Part shown: positions 19,369 through 29,284 of the stretch, in pieces
Position numbering within the stretch: the first letter of the stretch is position 1
Layout: every line of letters starts with the position of its first letter
From: an uncultured bacterium
GTDB lineage: Bacteria; Chloroflexota; UBA5177; JANWHV01
DNA: 64,000 bases
Assembly (NCBI GenBank): GCA_963729625.1
Contig: CAVSOU010000014.1
Location: 32,001-96,000 of the forward strand
Reading direction: 5' to 3'
Made by a program: the position numbers and the translations under genes
The notes under the pieces: generated by a model
Databases searched by the model: none
The model's input: the letters and a program-made list of their open reading frames with translations, nothing else
Told to the model about the DNA's origin: nothing

Positions 19369-20493
19369 ATGAGTGACAGACTCGAGCATGATTCTCGCGT
19401 TACAGGGACCAGCTACCCGGAGGGTTCTCGTTCAGGCCAAGTTTCCTCGGAGCGTTTCTCGGTTTACGACGGCCGGCAGGTTCATCGCTACTCGTTGACC
19501 AACGCCGGTGGCATGAACGTGCGGATTCTCGACCTCGGGGGCATTGTTCAATCGATTGACGCCCCCGACGCGTTTGGTAATCTTGCAAACGTTGTCTTGG
19601 GTTATGCGGATCTCGATGGCTACGTGCATGACGCAGCCTATTTTGGCGCCATTATCGGACGTTTTGCCAATCGAATTGCCGGCGGCACATACGAGGTGGA
19701 TGGTGTCAGCTACACGGCAGCGCTCAACGATGGACCGAACTCGCTTCACGGCGGCGCGCGTGGCTTTAACTCGATGGTGTGGGATGCCACGCCCCTGCAC
19801 GTCGACGGTGCCGCCGGACTTCGCCTTACTCGAATGAGCCCGGAAGGTGAAGAAGGCTATCCAGGAACGCTTTCGCTGGAAGTCACCTACATGCTCAAGA
19901 ACGACAACTCACTGGAAATCCGTTACGCGGCCAGCACCGACAAGCCGACGGTGCTCAATCTGACAAATCACAGCTATTTCAATCTCGCGGGACAGGGATC
20001 GGGGAACATTTATGGCCATGTGCTGGAGCTCAATGCAGATCGATATACGCCGGTCAACGCGAACCTGATCCCTGTTGGTGCTCTTGAACCTGTCGCAGGA
20101 ACACCACTCGACTTCACGAGACCGCTCCCTCTGGGTGCGCGCATTCGTGATGGCCACGATCAGCTTGTTCTCGCTCATGGTATCGACCACAACTTCGTGG
20201 TCAATCGGACAATCGGGGACTCCGGATCCCTCGTCCTTGCCGCCACGGTGCACGACCCTCAGAGCGGTCGGACGCTCGAGTGCTTGACGACGGAGCCGGG
20301 AATCCAGGTATATTCCGGAAACTTCCTGCGTGGTGATGCTCGCCTGGCCTGCGGAAAGACCGCTCGGCAGGGGGACGGATTCTGCCTTGAGACGCAGCAC
20401 TTTCCTGATTCGCCAAACCAGCCGCACTTCCCGAGCACCGTTCTGCGTCCTGGCGCTTCGTTTGAATCTACGACCGTGTACCGATTCCGATAG
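19369..20493 (+). CDS. galM: Aldose 1-epimerase (galactose mutarotase)
   Basis: GRFANRI, LHGG, GYPG, NLTNHSYFNL, DHNF, CLETQHFPDSPN; RBS GGAGG. Confidence 0.95.
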   Translation: MSDRLEHDSRVTGTSYPEGSRSGQVSSERFSVYDGRQVHRYSLTNAGGMNVRILDLGGIVQSIDAPDAFGNLANVVLGYADLDGYVHDAAYFGAIIGRFANRIAGGTYEVDGVSYTAALNDGPNSLHGGARGFNSMVWDATPLHVDGAAGLRLTRMSPEGEEGYPGTLSLEVTYMLKNDNSLEIRYAASTDKPTVLNLTNHSYFNLAGQGSGNIYGHVLELNADRYTPVNANLIPVGALEPVAGTPLDFTRPLPLGARIRDGHDQLVLAHGIDHNFVVNRTIGDSGSLVLAATVHDPQSGRTLECLTTEPGIQVYSGNFLRGDARLACGKTARQGDGFCLETQHFPDSPNQPHFPSTVLRPGASFESTTVYRFR

Positions 20494-20720
20494 CCGGTAT
20501 TCACGACGCTCTGGCCAGATCTCGGCGCCCACGAAGGGTAGTCCGCCTGGCCGACTGCCGTGCACGCACGATGCCTGCTGGTTCATACGAGCGCGCATTC
20601 TGCGGTGCCGGCCGCTGGGCATTGCCCGAGCGCAGGAAGTATGATGTAGAAGCAGACATCCGCGCACGGCGATGGCCTGCCTGACACGCGGACTTGAATC
20701 CCGGAGTGAGTACCGAACAG

Positions 20721-21617
20721 ATGGCGAAATCGGGTCGGAAGAGATATTGGCGTGCCGAGCGCCCAGAGCGTGCCAGCATCCCGTTTGCTACACAGCCCGA
20801 CTATGCCGAGCCCGGCGACGATATGTCGGACCCGGATTCGGTCTGGGAGATGCTGGCGCGCGACGTGCGCATGGATCCGACGGAGGCCGAGCCCATCAAG
20901 ATGGGCTTCGTCAAGCGCCTGTTTTCCGCACTGTATGACCACCTGGGTTCGCTTATTCTGTTGAATCTCGCCGTGGCGCTACAAGTACTGCTGGGGGTGG
21001 CGGTCGGACTCGCCTTCGGGGCTGTTCTGTTCGCAAGCTCGATTGTCGGCATTGTCGTCGCTGCCCTGATCATCATCGCCGTCGCGGCGCCGGCCTTTGC
21101 CGGCATGTTCAACTACGCGCGGTGCCTCTTTTCCGAAGATGAAAGCGCAACGTTGTCACGGTATGTCGCGGGGATGCGCGCATTGGCGAGGCGAAGCTGG
21201 GCGTTGATGGGCCTGCAGGCGGCCACCGGGGGCCTGCTCGTCCTCTCCGTCAGATTTTACGCGAGTCTCGGCGGCCCGGTGGCGTTCGGCGCCGAGCTGC
21301 TTATCCTGTTTCTTCTTGTTGTCTGGGCCATGGCAGGTTGCTACGCGTGGCCTCTGCTGGCACGCGGCCTCGAGATGTCGTTGATTCTCCGCAACTCAAT
21401 TGCCCTGGCGATGGTCGCACCTGGCAGCACGATCGTCATGCTTGTAGGGCTGCTTGCGGTCAGCACATTGTTCATCGTAATACCGGTCGGCGCTGTGCTC
21501 CTGCTGTTTGCCGTTTGGGCCGTAACCGAGAACGCGTCGACATCACGATTGGTGCGCGTTATTCGAGAGCGGCAAGAAGCGCTTGCGCGTCGCAATGACG
21601 GCGCCGATTCGACCTAG
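20721..21617 (+). CDS. Integral membrane protein (DUF624/YesL-like)
   Basis: About 6 TM segments with a YAWPLL motif; start uncertain. Confidence 0.55.
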   Translation: MAKSGRKRYWRAERPERASIPFATQPDYAEPGDDMSDPDSVWEMLARDVRMDPTEAEPIKMGFVKRLFSALYDHLGSLILLNLAVALQVLLGVAVGLAFGAVLFASSIVGIVVAALIIIAVAAPAFAGMFNYARCLFSEDESATLSRYVAGMRALARRSWALMGLQAATGGLLVLSVRFYASLGGPVAFGAELLILFLLVVWAMAGCYAWPLLARGLEMSLILRNSIALAMVAPGSTIVMLVGLLAVSTLFIVIPVGAVLLLFAVWAVTENASTSRLVRVIRERQEALARRNDGADST

Positions 21618-21788
21618 TCCCGCCTGCGCACCGCGAGCGGCTCGGTCGGCCGGCACGCCATGTCGGCCGGCAACCGTACGCGGTTGCCTCGTGTGCGTGC
21701 CCTGCCGGCCCATCGGTTGTGGTTCGGTCCGGAGAAGGTTCTGTCTTCACTACTCGGGCACCGCAACGGTTGTGCCTGGGCCGTGCCG

Positions 21789-22556
21789 ATGCACGTGAGA
21801 TCCGGCGTGATCGCCCAGTCCTACGTGCCCTGGATTGGGGTTACGGGATACACCGTTCGTGTGCCGGGTATGCAGCGACTTCAGCCTGGACAATACATGC
21901 TTTGCGCGTCGAGCGCACTGTCCTGGCAGGTGCTTCCCGACGTCTGTGTGCCAACTGCTCACGACGCGGTTACAGGCACCGTCGACATCCTGATCACTGA
22001 TGGAACAGCGGCGATTCGCTGGGAGATAATGGCCAAATCCTCCATGCCATTGACGGTAACCGCCCCGCTCGGCAAGGGCTTCACATTCGACACCCGGGTC
22101 CGGCGCGCCCTGCTCGTCGACTACGGGTCGCCCGCCGCGCCTCTGCTCTTTCTTGCAAGGAATCTGGTCGAGGGCGGAGTCGAGGTAGTCTATCTTGCCG
22201 GCCGCGCGCTGGAGTCGTGCCCCGTCCCGGCCTCAGCTCTTCCGCCGGAAATCGAATACAGACCTGTTGACGACGAATCTCGCGGCTCCGGCGACGTACT
22301 TCGTGCTGTCGACGAACTCTCCCAGTGGCCGGACGCTGTATTTCTCTCCGGCTCCCGATCGCGCTTGCTTGATGTCGCGACGCTGCTGAGGCGAAAGCTG
22401 CTGCGTCTTCGCCGCGGCTTCGCGCAGGCAGTCGTCTCCCCAGATACATTGCCCTGCGGCGTAGGGGCCTGTGGCCTCTGCGCTATCGAGACGCGGTCGG
22501 GCACGCGCAGGCTGTGTCGAGATGGTCTCGTTTTCGACCTGCTAGATCTTGCGTGA
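21789..22556 (+). CDS. PyrK-like (dihydroorotate dehydrogenase electron-transfer subunit) 2Fe-2S protein, divergent
   Basis: LQPGQY, APLGKGF, C-terminal CGVGACGLC-x11-C.DG.VF; start uncertain. Confidence 0.7.
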   Translation: MHVRSGVIAQSYVPWIGVTGYTVRVPGMQRLQPGQYMLCASSALSWQVLPDVCVPTAHDAVTGTVDILITDGTAAIRWEIMAKSSMPLTVTAPLGKGFTFDTRVRRALLVDYGSPAAPLLFLARNLVEGGVEVVYLAGRALESCPVPASALPPEIEYRPVDDESRGSGDVLRAVDELSQWPDAVFLSGSRSRLLDVATLLRRKLLRLRRGFAQAVVSPDTLPCGVGACGLCAIETRSGTRRLCRDGLVFDLLDLA

Positions 22557-22639
22557 CCATGCCTACGTGCCGGAACGACCGGCGCGCAAAGTAGGTGGAG
22601 CGCGGAGGGCCCGGACGATGGATCGCTCGTGTGCGGCCG

Positions 22640-24046
22640 TCATTGCGGGTTCGGTTCGACGTCACCATCGGGCTTTTGCCTCCGCTGGGCCGGCGATGTG
22701 AACCTTGCAGTCGGATTCTTTGCCAGCAAGACCCTGCAATAGGCGCTCACGCGATCGTGATCTTCGCGCGTGTACTGCAGAAACTGCACGCCTATGATGT
22801 CCTCTTCACGCCACGCCGTCTTCCCGATCAGGTGAACGGCCTGCGGCAAACCGGGCAATGCAAGCTTGATTTGGAGCACGTCTCCGGGAATCGGTCTCGC
22901 GGCGTCTCCATTCAGCCGACATCGCACTCCGCCGGGACTGATGTCGACAATGGTGCCTGCGCTGTACGCCGCGCTCGCGAGGTCGTGCAGGCTGATCTGA
23001 GCCGGCAAGGAGCAAGGTACGCGAATGTATTGGCGTTCATTCCGGTTCACCGGCGGAGCCGGCTCGAGCACTGGCAGGATATGGCCGGCCACCGCCAACT
23101 CGACATGGTGCAGGCCGTTTTGCATGGTCGTAGCCAGATAGAGGTCCCCTGAGGCAACCAGCTCACACTGCCATGCCTGCGTACGCACGTGGATGTCCCC
23201 GCGGGTGTCGACCGTCGCGAGGCGCACCTGGTCGAGCGTCACAGCCGTCGCCGACAGCACATGTGCCTTCTTCGCGGGCGAGCCCGTTACTACTCCGGCA
23301 ACCGTGACCGCGGCGGCATTGCTCTGCAGATGCGCTTCGATCACGCTCCCCTTTACGAAGATGTCCGCGTTTGCCGTTACGCGCGCACCCTCGCTCACCG
23401 AGCCGGTGATGAATATCGGCAGCGTCGGGGAGTCGATCCTTGCGCCCGTTCCGACATCGCCTTCGTGGATGAATGCGGGAAACACGTCAATCCGCATATG
23501 TTGAAAGACTGCTTCTCCATCGCACGCTGCCACCAGCGTCATTCGGTCGTCGCCAAGCGTTGTATTCATGCCGGATGGCAGCAGGGGATCCTTTGGCGGC
23601 CTCGGCTGAATTACACCCCGCCGCAGGTCATGTCCGGGCCGACCGGGCTTGCCAGGGTGTCTCCTTACCAGCGGCGTCCCGGCCTTCACTGCCATCCGAT
23701 TCAGGCGGAAGGAATCACCGGCGGCCACGACAGGTACATTTACGAGCAGCTCGAGGCTGCCGTCTGTCGGAGCCACTGGCGGGAACGCTGAAACCACGCT
23801 GAGCCATTGTCCCGGCGACGACATCTCCAGGGCCGCGGCGACATCCGAATATGGCGGCGGATTCGTGACGCCAAGGCGCTCGCACTCAGTACAGAGCTGG
23901 GCATAGAGATCGCGTGCACTCAGGCCGGATGAGTTTCGAGGCACAAGCAGCTGCAGCGCACTGTCATCAGGAAGAACCCGGAGTACCAGGACTGGTTTTG
24001 CTGCCACGCTCGTGACTCCGTTTGCGCATTGCTTGCACACCGTCAC
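22640..24046 (-). CDS. FapA (DUF342) family protein fused to a C-terminal PilZ domain
   Basis: PP..P.DG, PG.PG.DL.G.., LVAACDG, GDV...ITGSV.EG..V.A..DI.V.G.V (DUF342-like); then RQYIR (RxxxR) and DISPGG (DxSxxG). Upstream TTGCAC-17-TACACT at 24083-24055. Confidence 0.75.
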   Translation of the reverse strand: MTVCKQCANGVTSVAAKPVLVLRVLPDDSALQLLVPRNSSGLSARDLYAQLCTECERLGVTNPPPYSDVAAALEMSSPGQWLSVVSAFPPVAPTDGSLELLVNVPVVAAGDSFRLNRMAVKAGTPLVRRHPGKPGRPGHDLRRGVIQPRPPKDPLLPSGMNTTLGDDRMTLVAACDGEAVFQHMRIDVFPAFIHEGDVGTGARIDSPTLPIFITGSVSEGARVTANADIFVKGSVIEAHLQSNAAAVTVAGVVTGSPAKKAHVLSATAVTLDQVRLATVDTRGDIHVRTQAWQCELVASGDLYLATTMQNGLHHVELAVAGHILPVLEPAPPVNRNERQYIRVPCSLPAQISLHDLASAAYSAGTIVDISPGGVRCRLNGDAARPIPGDVLQIKLALPGLPQAVHLIGKTAWREEDIIGVQFLQYTREDHDRVSAYCRVLLAKNPTARFTSPAQRRQKPDGDVEPNPQ

Positions 24047-24135
24047 TTATGGGCAGTGTAGGGTCGACGGAAGGGGCGTGCAAGGCTTCCGTGGACCTCT
24101 GCCTGTTGCGACTCAGACCAGTATTGCGCGAGGTG

Positions 24136-24885
24136 CTATGCAAGTACCTGGATCGGCGCCCTCGGCAGGCCGCCACTGACAAATCGGACATGACAGCGAT
24201 CCGTGATCTGCTCTTCCGCCTGGCGATCCCTGCGTGACACGCATTGACTTCCGAAAAGGTAGTACCGCCACGGCAAGTCGGCCGACTTCCTGATGCCCAC
24301 TCTCCTGGAAACGACGATTGGCTGCAGCGCAGTCGGTGCGTCGACGATCAGCAGTGGTGGCCTGGAGAGGTCGTGCCCGTCCAGGGCAGCACCAATGGCG
24401 AGGCCTTTGCCGATATTCCCTGGTCCTCGCAGCAGCTCATCTGGGTCCGTGATTCCTCTCAGTCGTTGCATCACTTCGATGCCGTGAACCGGCTCCATGG
24501 CGCGGAGCAATACAGCGGACGCTGGGCCGTGATCTTGCGTTGTGACGACGTTCAGCATGGTGTGAATGCCATAACATCGATAGACATACGCTCGTCCCGC
24601 GGCGCCGAACATCGATTGGTTGCGACGTGTGACTCCGCGGAATGAGTGGCTGGCCTGGTCCAGATCGCCGGCGTAGGCTTCGGTCTCCACAATCCTCGCC
24701 ACGAGTAACTCGGGACCAAGCAGGCGAATGATCAGCTTCCCGAGCAGCTCGCGCGCCACAATCGTGGCCTCGCGGGCCATGAACTGGCGATCAAGCGGTG
24801 GATACCCGTCGTATGGGGCCGGCAGGAGGGCAATCTCAGCCCAATCCGGGGCGCTAGTCGCGCGCCGAAGGCTCTCTGGGCTCAT
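24136..24885 (-). CDS. mpg: DNA-3-methyladenine glycosylase (MPG/AAG family)
   Basis: VARELLG, RIVETEAY.G..D.ASH, AYVY..YG.H, AVLLRA.EP, GPG, RVGI. Confidence 0.9.
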   Translation of the reverse strand: MSPESLRRATSAPDWAEIALLPAPYDGYPPLDRQFMAREATIVARELLGKLIIRLLGPELLVARIVETEAYAGDLDQASHSFRGVTRRNQSMFGAAGRAYVYRCYGIHTMLNVVTTQDHGPASAVLLRAMEPVHGIEVMQRLRGITDPDELLRGPGNIGKGLAIGAALDGHDLSRPPLLIVDAPTALQPIVVSRRVGIRKSADLPWRYYLFGSQCVSRRDRQAEEQITDRCHVRFVSGGLPRAPIQVLA

Positions 24886-26260
24886 GCTCTTCCGACGGTG
24901 CCGGCTGGGCGAGGAGCTTGATCTGCACCTTGTCGGCATGTCTGTTTGAGACGCTCAGCACTGTGATCACCGCCTCGTCATCGACTTCGATCACCGCGCC
25001 GACCGTCGGTAGGTCCTCAAGCCGGTCGATGATAAAGCCGTTGAGTGTGTCGTAGTCTTCAGACTTGAGTGCGAGGTGTATCTCGTCTTCGAGGTCCTCC
25101 AGATAGATCCTTCCGTCGACGACGTACGCATCCGGACCAATCTGCTCGATCGTCGGTTCGGAGCCGGGCTTGTCATACTCATCCTGTATTTCGCCGACAA
25201 TCTCCTCGAGCAGATCTTCGATGGTCACTATTCCGGCGGTACCGCCCGATTCGTCGATCACGATTGCGATGTGTATCTTTCTGGCCTGGAACTCCCTGAA
25301 CAGGTCGCCGACGCGCTTTGTTTCGGGAACCTCGAAGGGCTTCCGTCCAAGCTCCCGAACGGACATGTCGTCCTGGCCATCTCGGAGGGCTCTCAGCAAG
25401 TCCTTTACATAAATTATACCAGTAACCTTATCGATTGACTCGGCGTAGATTGGTATGCGGGATCGGCCCTTTTCAAGCGCAATGTCGACTGCTTCCTTGA
25501 CGGTGAGATCTGCTTGTACGGCGGTGATGCGAACACGCGGTACCATCACTTCCTTGGCCATCGTCTCTTCGAATTCGATGACGCCGTGGATCATCTCCTT
25601 CTCTTCTTCTTCGATCACGCCTTGCTGCTCGCTCAGTGAGACGAGGCTGATCAGCTCGTCTTCCGTGACAAACGGGCCAGTGCGTGGCTTGATGCCAAGG
25701 AGGCGCATGACCAGGTCGGTCATGGCGCGGAGCAACCCTATCAGCGGTCTGAGGAGCGTCGTGAGACCTATTACCGGTCTGGCAAAACGCAAAGCAGTCG
25801 GCTCGGCAGTGTGAATTGCAAGGGTCTTTGGAATTATCTCGACTACCACGAGCACGACGGCCGAGGTGACGATGGGAGCGATGACGGCACCCAGATTGTC
25901 ACCCAGCAGACCAACGAGAATTAGCGTTGCCAGCGTCGACGCCACGATAATGGCGACGCTGTTCACAATCAGGATGGCCGAAAGGAACTGGTTAGGGTCA
26001 CGTATCAGCAACGCAACCTGATTGCTGCCCTTCACACCTTGGTCGAGCAAATGGCGCGTTCGCAGGCGGCTGAGTGAAGTCAGCGCTGTCTCCGCGCCGT
26101 TCGCAAGCGCGGAAAGCAGCAGGCAGGAAAGCAGTCCAATGGCTTGAAGGGTATCCGCACCATCCCAGGCATGGCCGGCGAGCGCAAGCACTGGCTGTCC
26201 AAGCACGCGAGGATTGCCGGTGAGCACGCCGGCCACGTGAGCCAAATGATGAACGACCAC
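24854..26260 (-). CDS. HlyC/CorC (CNNM/DUF21-CBS-CorC) family membrane protein
   Basis: ETAL, EIIPK, EVMVPR, SRIPIY, DESGGTAGIVTIEDLLEEIVGEIQDEYD, YDTLNG. Confidence 0.9.
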   Translation of the reverse strand: MVVHHLAHVAGVLTGNPRVLGQPVLALAGHAWDGADTLQAIGLLSCLLLSALANGAETALTSLSRLRTRHLLDQGVKGSNQVALLIRDPNQFLSAILIVNSVAIIVASTLATLILVGLLGDNLGAVIAPIVTSAVVLVVVEIIPKTLAIHTAEPTALRFARPVIGLTTLLRPLIGLLRAMTDLVMRLLGIKPRTGPFVTEDELISLVSLSEQQGVIEEEEKEMIHGVIEFEETMAKEVMVPRVRITAVQADLTVKEAVDIALEKGRSRIPIYAESIDKVTGIIYVKDLLRALRDGQDDMSVRELGRKPFEVPETKRVGDLFREFQARKIHIAIVIDESGGTAGIVTIEDLLEEIVGEIQDEYDKPGSEPTIEQIGPDAYVVDGRIYLEDLEDEIHLALKSEDYDTLNGFIIDRLEDLPTVGAVIEVDDEAVITVLSVSNRHADKVQIKLLAQPAPSEEHEPREPSARD

Positions 26261-26290
26261 TAAGGCCTTTCTCCGATGCTGGCCATGCTC

Positions 26291-27229
26291 CTATCTGAAA
26301 AGCGCGCTTACCGAGACATCCTCGTGGATTCGCTTGATCGCCTCGGCAATGAGCGGAGCAACAGTCAACACTTCGATCTTATCACCCTTTTGGACCTCTG
26401 TAACTGGAATTGAGTTTGTCACCACCAGGTGGCGTATTCTGCTTTCGGCTATCAATTCCGCGGTGCGCCCTACCAGAGGTGCGTGCACACCGAACGCATA
26501 GACCGCCTTCGCCCCTCGTTCCAGCAACATGTTTGCAGCCTCGAACAGCGTTCCGCCGGTGGAGATAATATCGTCAACGATTATCGCGTTCTTGTCGCGG
26601 ACCTCGCCGACCATCTCGATCATCTCGGCGACATCCGGTGCGGGTCGCTGCTTGGCGATAATTGCGAGCGACGCGCCGAGACGCGCGCGAAAGTCGTTCG
26701 CACGAAGCACGCCGCCCGGATCCGGTGACACGACGACCACGTCGTCCAGCTTCATTTGCTTGCAATGCGCCACCATCACGTTGGCGGAACGCAGGTGGTC
26801 GACAGGAATGTCGAAAAAACCCTCGATGGCCGGCGTATGCAAGTCCAGCGTGAGCACGCGGTTTGCGCCCGCGACCGTGATCAGATTGGCGACCAGCTTC
26901 CCGGTGATTGGCTCGCGGCCGACGCTCTTCTTCTCCTGCCGCGAATAGCCAAAATACGGTATCACCGCTGTGATTCGTCGCGCTGATGCACGGCGCAGCG
27001 CTTCGATCATGATCAGTAGCTCCATGATATGGTGATCGACGGGGCGGCAGGTTGGTTGCACGACGAAGACATCGGCACCTCGGACGTTATCCTCGATGCG
27101 GACCCGGGTCTCTTCGTCTCTAAACGTGCCGACGAACGCGCGCCCAAGCGGGATGCCCAGAATCTCGGCGATCTCGCCGGCGAGCGACGGGTTCGCCGAA
27201 CCAGTAAATACCTGGAGCCTTCCCTCCAT
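26291..27229 (-). CDS. prs: Ribose-phosphate pyrophosphokinase
   Basis: PYFGYSRQ, DLH, VVSPDPGG, IVDDIISTGGT. Confidence 0.97.
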   Translation of the reverse strand: MEGRLQVFTGSANPSLAGEIAEILGIPLGRAFVGTFRDEETRVRIEDNVRGADVFVVQPTCRPVDHHIMELLIMIEALRRASARRITAVIPYFGYSRQEKKSVGREPITGKLVANLITVAGANRVLTLDLHTPAIEGFFDIPVDHLRSANVMVAHCKQMKLDDVVVVSPDPGGVLRANDFRARLGASLAIIAKQRPAPDVAEMIEMVGEVRDKNAIIVDDIISTGGTLFEAANMLLERGAKAVYAFGVHAPLVGRTAELIAESRIRHLVVTNSIPVTEVQKGDKIEVLTVAPLIAEAIKRIHEDVSVSALFR

Positions 27230-27234
27230 CCGAT

Positions 27235-28611
27235 CTACTCCTCACTCTCATGCGTTCGCGGCTGGTTGCCGAGCACTGTACCGCGCCGTATTTCCCTCGC
27301 GGGCGTCCCGGCCACGGTCGTGTTATCGGGCACGTCGTGCAGCACGACACTGCCAGCGCCGGTATACGCGCCATCTCCAATGACGATCGGTGCACGCAGC
27401 ATCGTGCCGACCCCGAGAAACACCTTATCACCGATTGAGGTCTTGTGCTTCTTCGCCCCATCGTAATTGGCGGTGATGGTGCCGGCTCCAACGTTGACGT
27501 GATGACCGGTGGTTGTGTCTCCCAGATAACTGAAATGTCCCATCTTGGTACCTTCGCCGATGAAGCTGTTCTTGGTCTCGGCGAAATTTCCGAGATGTAC
27601 GTCGTCGGCAAGCGTCGACCCCGCGCGCAAATGTGAGTAGGGACCAACGTGCACGTGATCGCCCAATTCGGAGAACTCAATCTGCGACGATATGATCGTA
27701 CAGTCATTTCCGATCGACGATGCGACAATCCGGCTCTGCGCGCCGATATGGCATCGCTCGCCGATCGTGACGCCCGGCTCCACGATCACGTTCGGCTCGA
27801 TGACGGTGTCTCGCCCAATGGACGCGTCGGCCGCGATATACACTGAGGCCGGATCGATCAGCGTCACGCCGGAGGTCATAATCGTCTCGTTCACGCGCCG
27901 TCGCATGATCGCTTCGGCGTGCGCCAAACCAATTCGGTCGTTGATGCCGACGAATTCATCCGCCGACGCGCCAGGCACGACCAGGAGCCCACCGGCCGCG
28001 GCCGCCAACTCAGCGGCGTCGGTGAGATAGATTTCGTCGTCCCCGTGCCTCGGCAATGTCGGCATCGTATCTTCAAGCCACTGTGCATCGATCACGTACA
28101 GGCCGGTGTTGATCTCATTGATCATGCGCTGGGTTTCGGTCAGCCATTTGTCTTCGACGATCGCGAGGGGTGCTCCGCCTGGATCGCGGATAATCCGGCC
28201 GTAGCCGTCTGGCCGCGCGACGTACGCGGACTGGACTGTCAGTGTGGCTCCGTGCTCGCGGTGCCGCGCCCTCAGGTTGATGAGCGTCTCGGCCGTGATC
28301 AGCGGCATGTCCCCATACAGCACCATCAGCTCAGTGCATGGCGCGCTGATCGCCGCAAGCGCGATGCTTACGGCATGGCCGGTTCCGCGCTGCTCGTGCT
28401 GCACCGCAGTCTCAACGTCCGCTGGAAGCAGACCGCGCACGATCTCGTGCTCATGTCCGATGACGTAGAGGGGCGTTAGGTCTGGTACGGATGCAACGGC
28501 GCGATGTACATGCTCGATCATCGCCAGGCCCGCGACCTTGTGTGCGACTTTCGGAAGTGCCGACTTCATGCGCGTGCCCTTGCCCGCCGCGAGCACAATG
28601 GCAACAGTCAT
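27235..28611 (-). CDS. glmU: Bifunctional UDP-GlcNAc pyrophosphorylase / GlcN-1-P acetyltransferase
   Basis: LAAGKGTRMKS..PK, GTGHAV, GYGRI, EINTG, hexapeptide repeats, GAGTITANYDG; RBS GAGGAGG. Confidence 0.97.
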   Translation of the reverse strand: MTVAIVLAAGKGTRMKSALPKVAHKVAGLAMIEHVHRAVASVPDLTPLYVIGHEHEIVRGLLPADVETAVQHEQRGTGHAVSIALAAISAPCTELMVLYGDMPLITAETLINLRARHREHGATLTVQSAYVARPDGYGRIIRDPGGAPLAIVEDKWLTETQRMINEINTGLYVIDAQWLEDTMPTLPRHGDDEIYLTDAAELAAAAGGLLVVPGASADEFVGINDRIGLAHAEAIMRRRVNETIMTSGVTLIDPASVYIAADASIGRDTVIEPNVIVEPGVTIGERCHIGAQSRIVASSIGNDCTIISSQIEFSELGDHVHVGPYSHLRAGSTLADDVHLGNFAETKNSFIGEGTKMGHFSYLGDTTTGHHVNVGAGTITANYDGAKKHKTSIGDKVFLGVGTMLRAPIVIGDGAYTGAGSVVLHDVPDNTTVAGTPAREIRRGTVLGNQPRTHESEE

Positions 28612-29021
28612 TCGAAGGCACCTCCTCTAGACGCCAATACTAAATGCCAAAATTGGCTCGCGTGGGGGGTGGTAGCTCGCCGATCTCCGCCGGCCGGGAG
28701 GAATGCAGGTCCACCGAGCTTTGCAATAGACTCGCCCGGCCAGCTCTCCAAGCCGTCATGCCGCACCTCGCCGTGCGCGCTCCGGCTATCAGTGTAGCAG
28801 GTGGCGTCGGGTAGAAGGCTCAGATACTCGGGGCCGGGCGCCAGACCGATACGCGGCGTGAGGCGCAGTCTTGGATGGCTGCAACAAGCGCGGCCCGTTG
28901 CGCAAGCGTCAACGTGAAGGAGCGTCAATGAGCGCTGCCAAGGCGAGAAGCAGGACCAGGGGCGGCGCTTGGCATGGCCGCAACGAGGCGCGCACAGATT
29001 CTGGCGGCGGCGGAGATGTGC

Positions 29022-29243
29022 CTATATTTGCCAGTCGAAAGCCCCAGCAACGTCCTCGTCGTCGATGCCGGCCATGGCACGCGCGATATGCCGCGCATTC
29101 GACTCCTCATGCCTTTGAATGCCGGCAGCGACCGCCTGACCAATCGCGGTTGCCAGACCATCGAGGGCTCGCGGCTCATCGGGTGACCATCCTGCGAGTG
29201 CTAATCGTGCGGCGTCTGTTACGATCTTGATCAAGTCCTCCAT
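29022..29243 (-). CDS. Small acidic, helical hypothetical protein (73 aa)
   Basis: RBS-like GGTGGAG before the ATG, protein-like composition, same strand directly after cvpA. Confidence 0.55.
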   Translation of the reverse strand: MEDLIKIVTDAARLALAGWSPDEPRALDGLATAIGQAVAAGIQRHEESNARHIARAMAGIDDEDVAGAFDWQI

Positions 29244-29284
29244 CGCGACTCCACCTTGGCTGCTCGTTTCACGCGTACCGCACG

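Noticed and set aside
28690-28785. Canonical glmS ribozyme
   Set aside because: AGCGCC and GACGAGG are not exact and the P2.1/P2.2 pairings fail; kept only as an unassigned leader candidate.
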